From Pristiophorus japonicus (Eukaryota), in the NCBI RefSeq assembly GCF_044704955.1, contig NC_091984.1:241056001-241120000 (forward strand): a stretch of DNA of 64,000 nucleotides. The letters are read 5' to 3'. The notes under the pieces are model-generated. The model made no database searches. It was not told the origin of the DNA and saw nothing but the letters and a program-made list of their open reading frames with translations. The translations under genes were made by a program, and so were the position numbers. How positions within the stretch are numbered: the first letter of the stretch is position 1; each line of letters begins with the position of its first letter. Of this stretch, positions 58,501 through 64,000 are shown one piece after another.

Positions 58501-61500
58501 CACGGCCACCGATGGTTGAGTGATTATAATCAGGGATGCTCAGGAGGGCAGAATTGGAGGAGCGCAGACATCGCGAGGGGTTGGAGGGGATTACAGAGAT
58601 AGGGAGGGGCAAGGGCCATGGAGGGATTTGCAAACAAGGATGAGAATTTTGAAATCGAGGCATTGTTTAACTAGGAGACAATATAGGTCAGCAAGCACAA
58701 GGGTGATGGGTGAGCAGGACCCGGTGCGAATTAGAACACGGGCAGCCGAGTTTTGGATCACCAAGTTTATGTAGGGTAGAATGTAGGAGGCCAGTCAGGA
58801 GTGTGTTGGAATAGTCAAGTCTAGAGGTAACAACGGCATGGATGAGGGTTTCAGCAGCAGATGAGCTGAGACAAGCGATGTTACAAAGGTGGAAATAGCC
58901 GGTCTTAGTTATGCGACAAATATGTGGTTGAAAGCTCATTTCAGGGTCAAATATGACTCCAAGATTGTGAACAGACTGGTTCAGCCTCAGACAGAAGTTT
59001 GTGGTGGGGACCAAAAACAATGGCTTCGGTCTTCCCAATATTTAATTGGAGACAGTTTTTGCTCATCCAGTACTGGATGTCGAACGAGCAGTCTGACAAT
59101 TTAGAGACCGAGGGGTCGAGAGAAGTGATGGTGAGGTAAATCTGGGTGTCGTCATGTGGAAACTGATGCTGTGATTTCGGATGATATCGCCAAGGAGCAA
59201 CATGTAGATGAGAAATAGGAGGGGCCAAGGATAGATCCTTGGGGGGACACCAGAGGTAACGATGCGGGGGCGGGAAGAGGAGCCGTTGCAGGCGATTCTC
59301 TGGCTACGATTAGATAAGAATGGAACCAGGCGAGTGCAGTCCCACCCAGCTGGACAACAGTGGAGAGGCATTGGAGAAGGATAGAGTGGTCAACCTATCA
59401 ACCTGTCAAAGGCTGCAGACGAGTCAAGAAGGATGAGGAGGGATAGTTTGCCTTTGTCAGAGGAGAGAAAGAACTATTAACAATGTCGGCTAACAGGGGA
59501 GCCAGAAAAGGAAGTTGGATGGTCAGCAGTTTAATGGGAATAAGGTCAAGGGAGCAGGAGGTGGGTTTCATGGACAGGATGAGCGTGGAGAGGTAATGAA
59601 GGGAGATCGAGGAGAAACTGGAGAAAGATGTGAGGTCAGGGCTAGGGCAGGGGGCATCCTTTGAGAAAGTTTGGCCCGGTGGGCTAGGGGAAGGAAGGGA
59701 AGTGGCAGAGGCGGCTGAACGGATGGTCTCAATCTTAGAGACAATAAGTCCATGAGCTCCTCACACCTACTGTTGGAGGGGAGACTGGAGACTGGAGACT
59801 GGGGAGAGGGGTTTAAGAAGACGGTTAGCAGTGGAGAATAGAAGCAGGGGTTTATCTTTACTTCGTGAGCGATTTTGGCAAACAAGAGCAGGACCCGATA
59901 ATGTTCCAGCCAGATCTGGCGGCGAATTGCTAAACCAGTTGTCCGCCACATCCGTTCCAAGTCTGCGTTCCTTGGACTTAATGGAGTGAAGTTGAGGGCC
60001 GTACCAGGGGAATGACCAGGGTGAGAGAGTGATGGTTTTAATAGGGATTAGGGCATCAAAGGTGATTGAGCAGATCGGTAGCTGCTGGTGAATGGAGGGC
60101 AAAAGGCTGGATATCTGGCAGTTCATAAGTGCAGTTGCAAGAGAGTCGTGAGTGAGTTTTTTTCCAGTGGCAGACAGAGAAGGAAGAAACATAGAAAATA
60201 GGTGCAGGAGTAGGCCATTCGGCCCTTCGAGCCTGCACCACCATTCAATAAGATCATGGCTGATCATTCACCTTAGTACCCCTTACCTGCTTTCTCTCCA
60301 TACCCCTTGATCCCGTTAGCCGTAAAGGCCATATCTAACTCCCTTTTGAATATATCAAACGAACCGGCCTCAACAACTTTCTGTGGTAGAGAATTCCACA
60401 GGTTCACAACTCTCTAAGTGAAGAAGTTTCTCCTCATCTTGGTCCTAAATGGCTTACCCCTTATCCTTAGACTGTGACCCCCTGGTTCTGGACTTCCCCA
60501 ACATAGGGAACATTCTTCCTGCATCCAACCTGTCCAAACCCGTCAGAATTTTATATGTTTCTATGAGATCCCCTCTCATTCTTCTAAATTCCAATGAATA
60601 TAAGTCTAGTCGATCCAGTCTTTCTTCATATATCAGTCCCGCCATCCCGGGAATCAGTCTGGTGAACCTTCGTTGCATTCTCTCAATAGCAAGAATGTCC
60701 TTCCTCAGATTTTGAGATCAAAAGTGAACACAATATTCAACATGCCATTTGCCTTCTTCACTGCCTATTGTACCTGCATGCCAACTTTCAATGACTGATG
60801 TACCATGACACCCAGGTCTCGTTGCACCTCCCCTTTTACTAATCTGTCACCATTCAGATAATATTCTGCCTTCCTGTTTTTGCCACCAAAGTGAATAACC
60901 TCACATTTATCTACATTATACTGCATCTGCCATGCATTTGTCCACTCACCTAACCTGTCCAAGTCACCCTGCAGCCTCTTAGCATCCTCCTCACAGCTCA
61001 CACCGCCATCCAGCTTAGTGTCATCTGCAAACTTGGAGATATTACATTCAATTCCTTCGTCTAAATCATTAATGTATATTGTAAACAGCTGGGGTCCCAG
61101 CACTGAACCTTGTGGTACCCACTAGTCACTGCCTGCCATTCTGAAAAGGACTCGTTTATCCCGACTCTTTGCTTACTGTCTGCCAACCAGTTCTCTATCC
61201 ACGTCAGTACATTACCCCCAATATCATGTGCTTTAATTTTGCACACTAATCTCTTGTGTGGGACCTTGTCAAAAGCCTTTTGAAAGTCCAAATACACCAC
61301 ATCCACTGGTTCGCCCTTGTCCACTCTACCAGTTACATCCTCAAAAAATTCTAGAAGATATGTCAAGCATGATTTCCCTTTCATAAATCCATGCTGACTT
61401 GGACTGATCCTGCCACTGCTTTCCAAATGCACTGCTATTTCATCTTTAATAATTGATTCCAACATTTTCCCCACTACTGATGTCAGGCTAACCGGTCTAT

Positions 61501-62457
61501 AATTACCTGTTTTCTCTCTCCCTCCTTTTTTTGAGAAGTGGTGTTATATTAGCTACCCTCCAGTCCATAGAAACTGATCCAGAGTTGATAGACTGTTGGA
61601 AAATGATCACAATGCATCCACTATTTCTAGGGCCACTTCCTTAAGTACTCTGCGATGCAGACTATCAGGCCCCGGGGATTTATCGGCCTTCAATCCCATC
61701 AATTTCCCTAACAATTTCCTAACTAATAAGGATTTCCTTCAGTTCCTCCTTCTCACTAGACCCTCGGTCCCCTAGTATTTCTGGAAGGTTATTTGTGTCT
61801 TCCTTCGTGAAGACAGAACCAAAGTATTTGTTTAATTGGTCTGCCATTTCTTTGTTTCCCATTATAAATTCCCCTGATTCTGACTGCAAGGGATCTACAT
61901 TTGTCTTCACTAATCTTTTTCTCTTCATATAAATATAGAAGCTTTTGCAGTCAGTTTTTATGTTCCCAGCAAGCTTCCTCTCATACTCTATTTCCCCCTC
62001 CTAATTAAACCCTTTGTCCTCCTCTGCTGAATTCTACATTTCTCCCAGTCCTCAGGTTTGCTGCTTTTTCTGGCTAGTTTATATGCCTCTTCCTTGGGTT
62101 GCAAGGGGGGTGTGGGTGGAGAGCGATACGAGGACGTGGTCAGAGATGGCCTTACCTGCGATGGACACGATGGGAGTAGCGAGGCCACGAGAGATGGCAA
62201 GGTCGAGGGGGTGGCCGGGAGCTTACATGGAGGGAGAGACTAAGGGAGGACAGGAGAAAGGGGAACTCAGTCTAATCCCAGTCTAATCCCAGTCCTTTTG
62301 AGAATTCCACATTCCAATCTCTCAGCATAGCTTTCCCCTCCCTCCCCTTTAATGTTTTTGTGTTTTGCCGACATAAACCCGCCCGCTCGGTGTTAAAGGG
62401 GAGGTGCCGGCGGAGTGCCTCCTGGCGGCCGGTAGGCGAATTACCTTCATCGTTCAT
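49348..62457 (-). CDS. EIF2B1: EIF2B1 translation initiation factor eIF2B alpha, complete, 9 exons, 909 bp / 302 aa
   Basis: [45 protein letters not shown]...[26 protein letters not shown]...[22 protein letters not shown]; GT-AG junctions in phase. Confidence 0.97.
49876..50001 (-). CDS. EIF2B1: EIF2B1 exon 8
   Basis: [42 protein letters not shown]. Confidence 0.96.
50330..51105 (+). mobile_element. Two degenerate CR1 3' fragments (50330-50590, 50745-51105)
   Basis: [27 protein letters not shown] and 3'UTR stem-loop motif. Confidence 0.75.
51169..51244 (-). CDS. EIF2B1: EIF2B1 exon 7
   Basis: [25 protein letters not shown]. Confidence 0.95.
51429..51497 (-). CDS. EIF2B1: EIF2B1 exon 6
   Basis: [22 protein letters not shown]. 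Confidence 0.93.
52174..52286 (-). CDS. EIF2B1: EIF2B1 exon 5
   Basis: [37 protein letters not shown]. Confidence 0.95.
52480..52885 (+). mobile_element. CR1 RT fragment
   Basis: [26 protein letters not shown]. Confidence 0.8.
52896..53037. mobile_element. 142-bp hAT-type MITE
   Basis: Perfect 10-bp TIR CAATGTTCCC/GGGAACATTG; 8-bp TSD gtcagagg/atcagagg (7/8). Confidence 0.85.
53343..53459 (-). CDS. EIF2B1: EIF2B1 exon 4
   Basis: [39 protein letters not shown]. Confidence 0.95.
53716..53948 (-). mobile_element. Probable solo LTR
   Basis: TG...CA ends (tgtaaa/ttaaca), 5-bp flanks aacat/aaaat, TATA then AATAAA on the minus strand. Confidence 0.5.
54293..56011 (+). mobile_element. CR1 LINE 3' half with internal deletion of the RT core
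   Basis: 278-aa RT N-terminal ORF ends at WQAV then jumps to DAKR; 3' tail ctatgttt at ~56003-56010. Confidence 0.93.
56440..56576 (-). CDS. EIF2B1: EIF2B1 exon 3
   Basis: [11 protein letters not shown]...[19 protein letters not shown]. Confidence 0.95.
56956..57057 (-). CDS. EIF2B1: EIF2B1 exon 2
   Basis: [10 protein letters not shown]...[13 protein letters not shown]. Confidence 0.95.
57170..57850 (-). mobile_element. L2 3' end with a nested CR1 3' fragment (~57430-57680)
   Basis: caacaacttgcatttata tail; [11 protein letters not shown] insert. Confidence 0.7.
58259..62265 (-). mobile_element. L2-clade LINE (APE remnant and RT) split by CR1
   Basis: [35 protein letters not shown]; endonuclease GHPLDL...SDH at 62095-62265. 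Confidence 0.85.
60186..62095 (-). mobile_element. CR1 3' half nested in L2
   Basis: [17 protein letters not shown], (aaacatag) tail at ~60187. Confidence 0.93.
62445..62457 (-). CDS. EIF2B1: EIF2B1 exon 1 coding part (13 bp)
   Basis: gccATGAACGATGAAG|gtaatt. Confidence 0.88.
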
Positions 62458-63069
62458 GGCGCACTCCCGCTCCCGGAGCCGCGCTCTCTCCCTCTGGATC
62501 CCGGGCTGTGGTGCAGTGCCGGGCGGCCGGAGGGTGGTGTGAGGTCCCGGGCGGAGGTCGGTGAGGTCCCGGGCGGAGGGGTCCCGGGCGGAGGGCGGTG
62601 TGAGGGCCGGTATCGGGCGGAGGGCGGTGTGAGGTCCCGGGCGGCGGGCGGTGAGGGCCGGTCCCGGGCGGAGGGCGGTGTGAGGGCCGGTCCCGGGCGG
62701 AGGGCGGAGGGCGGTGTGAGGGCCGGTCCCGGGCGGAGGGCGGTGTGAGGGCCGGTATCGGGCGGTGTGAGGAGCCGCGCGGCCGCTGACGGACAGCCGG
62801 AAGTTGCCTTCACCCACAGGCCGTGTACCGCCCTAAACCCTCCCCCGACAACAAGGGCCGCCGCACGAGGCCCGCCGCCCGGCCCCGCGCCTCCCTTTAA
62901 TACTCAGCCGATGTGAGTCTGCCGCTGGTTGGGCAAAGCTCCCGAGCCGCAGGATGCGAGTGCCAGCAGTGACACAGTTACAGCGGGAGCTTTGTGTAAC
63001 GGGCCCGACCTGCGGCTCGGCGCTCACCCGGCCCCAGTTCAGTGTGGCGCCAGGGTGCGGGCGGGCGGG
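62458..63069. promoter_or_regulatory. Bidirectional CpG-island promoter EIF2B1 / GTF2H3
   Basis: Very CpG-rich, many GGGCGG boxes, CCGGAAGT at 62797-62804; divergent ATGs 612 bp apart. Confidence 0.75.
62520..62775. repeat. GC-rich ~29-bp tandem repeat in the EIF2B1 5'UTR/promoter
   Basis: cccgggcggagggcggtgtgagggccggt units. Confidence 0.85.
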
Positions 63070-63079
63070 ATGGCGGACG
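63070..63079 (+). CDS. GTF2H3: Probable GTF2H3 (TFIIH p34) exon 1 coding part, 3'-partial
   Basis: gggATGGCGGACG|gtgagt: good Kozak, perfect donor, phase 1; identity rests on known head-to-head synteny with EIF2B1, not on protein sequence. Confidence 0.65.
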
Positions 63080-63269
63080 GTGAGTGACCGGGGCCCGGGG
63101 CCCGCGGGCGGGGGGACCGGGGACCGAGGGCCGCACAAATCCAGCGCTAACCGGGCAGGAGGCCCGGCTCCCGCCTTTCCACATCGTCAGGACATCCCGC
63201 GGGCTGCACAGGCAATGAAGTACTTTTACAGCGTGTCACTGCCGTAATGTGGGGAACGCGGCAGCAAGC

Positions 63270-64000
63270 TCCCTCAGTACTGCCCCTCCGACAGTGCGGC
63301 ACTCCCTCAGTACCGCCCCTCCGACAGTGCGGCGCCCCCTCAGTACTGTCCCTCCGACAGTGCGGCACTCCCTCAGTACCGCCCCTCCGACAGTGCGGCG
63401 CCCCCTCAGTACTGTCCCTCCGACAGTGCGGCACTCCCTCAGTACTGCCCCTCCGACAGTGCGGCACTCCCTCAGTACCGCCCCTCCGACAGTGCGGCGC
63501 CCCCTCAGTACTGTCCCTCCGACAGTGCGGCACTCCCTCAGTACTGCCCCTCCGACAGTGCGGCGCTCCCTCAGTACTGCCCCTCCGACAGTGTGGCTCT
63601 CCCTCAGCAACTGCCCCTCCGACAGTGCGGCACTCCCTCAGTACTGCCCCTCCGACAGTGCGGCACTCCCTCAGTACTGCCCCTCCGACAGTGCTGCACT
63701 CCCTCAGTACTGCCCCTCCGACAGTGCGGCACTCCCTCAGTACTGCCCCTCTGACAGTGCGGCACTCCCTCAGTACTGCCCCTCCGACAGTGCGGCACTC
63801 CCTCAGTACTGCCCCTCCGACAGTGCGGCGCTCCCTCAGTACTGCCCCTCCGACAGTGCGGCACTCCCTCAGTACTGCCCCTCCGACAGTGTGGCTCTCC
63901 CTCAGTACTGCCCCTCCGACAGTGTGGCTCTCCCTCAGTACTGCCCCTCCGACAGTGCGGCACTCCCTCAGTACTGCCCCTCCGACAGTGCGGCACTCCC
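63270..64000. repeat. 33-bp minisatellite, at least 22 copies, same unit as 30557-31055; runs off the window
   Basis: cagtactgcccctccgacagtgcggcactccct; preceded by a DeuSINE tail remnant at ~63185-63268. Confidence 0.97.

Overview
Vertebrate genomic DNA, very probably a cartilaginous fish (inferred from the repeat complement: CR1 LINEs with esterase ORF1, L2, RTE, DeuSINE/SacSINE1-like SINEs, Penelope-type termini). It carries the conserved syntenic block TMED2 (+, exons 2-4 plus a 21-nt alternative microexon; exon 1 lies upstream), DDX55 (+, complete, 14 exons, 579 aa), EIF2B1 (-, complete, 9 exons, 302 aa) and the first coding exon of GTF2H3 (+), head-to-head with EIF2B1. All introns are GT-AG. 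Introns are packed with often nested retroelements and about a dozen minisatellites. Most notable: at least five array types grew out of internal segments of different transposon classes (DeuSINE twice, CR1 3' end, L2 RT, hAT-type MITE, probably a tRNA-SINE head), often next to splice sites. Other highlights are the TMED2 microexon, a perfect 40-bp inverted repeat between the convergent DDX55/EIF2B1 3' ends, and a Penelope-type minimal hammerhead motif. No prokaryotic-type or wholly new gene system is evident. Exon coordinates were read by eye against recalled orthologue sequences; TE and repeat boundaries are approximate.
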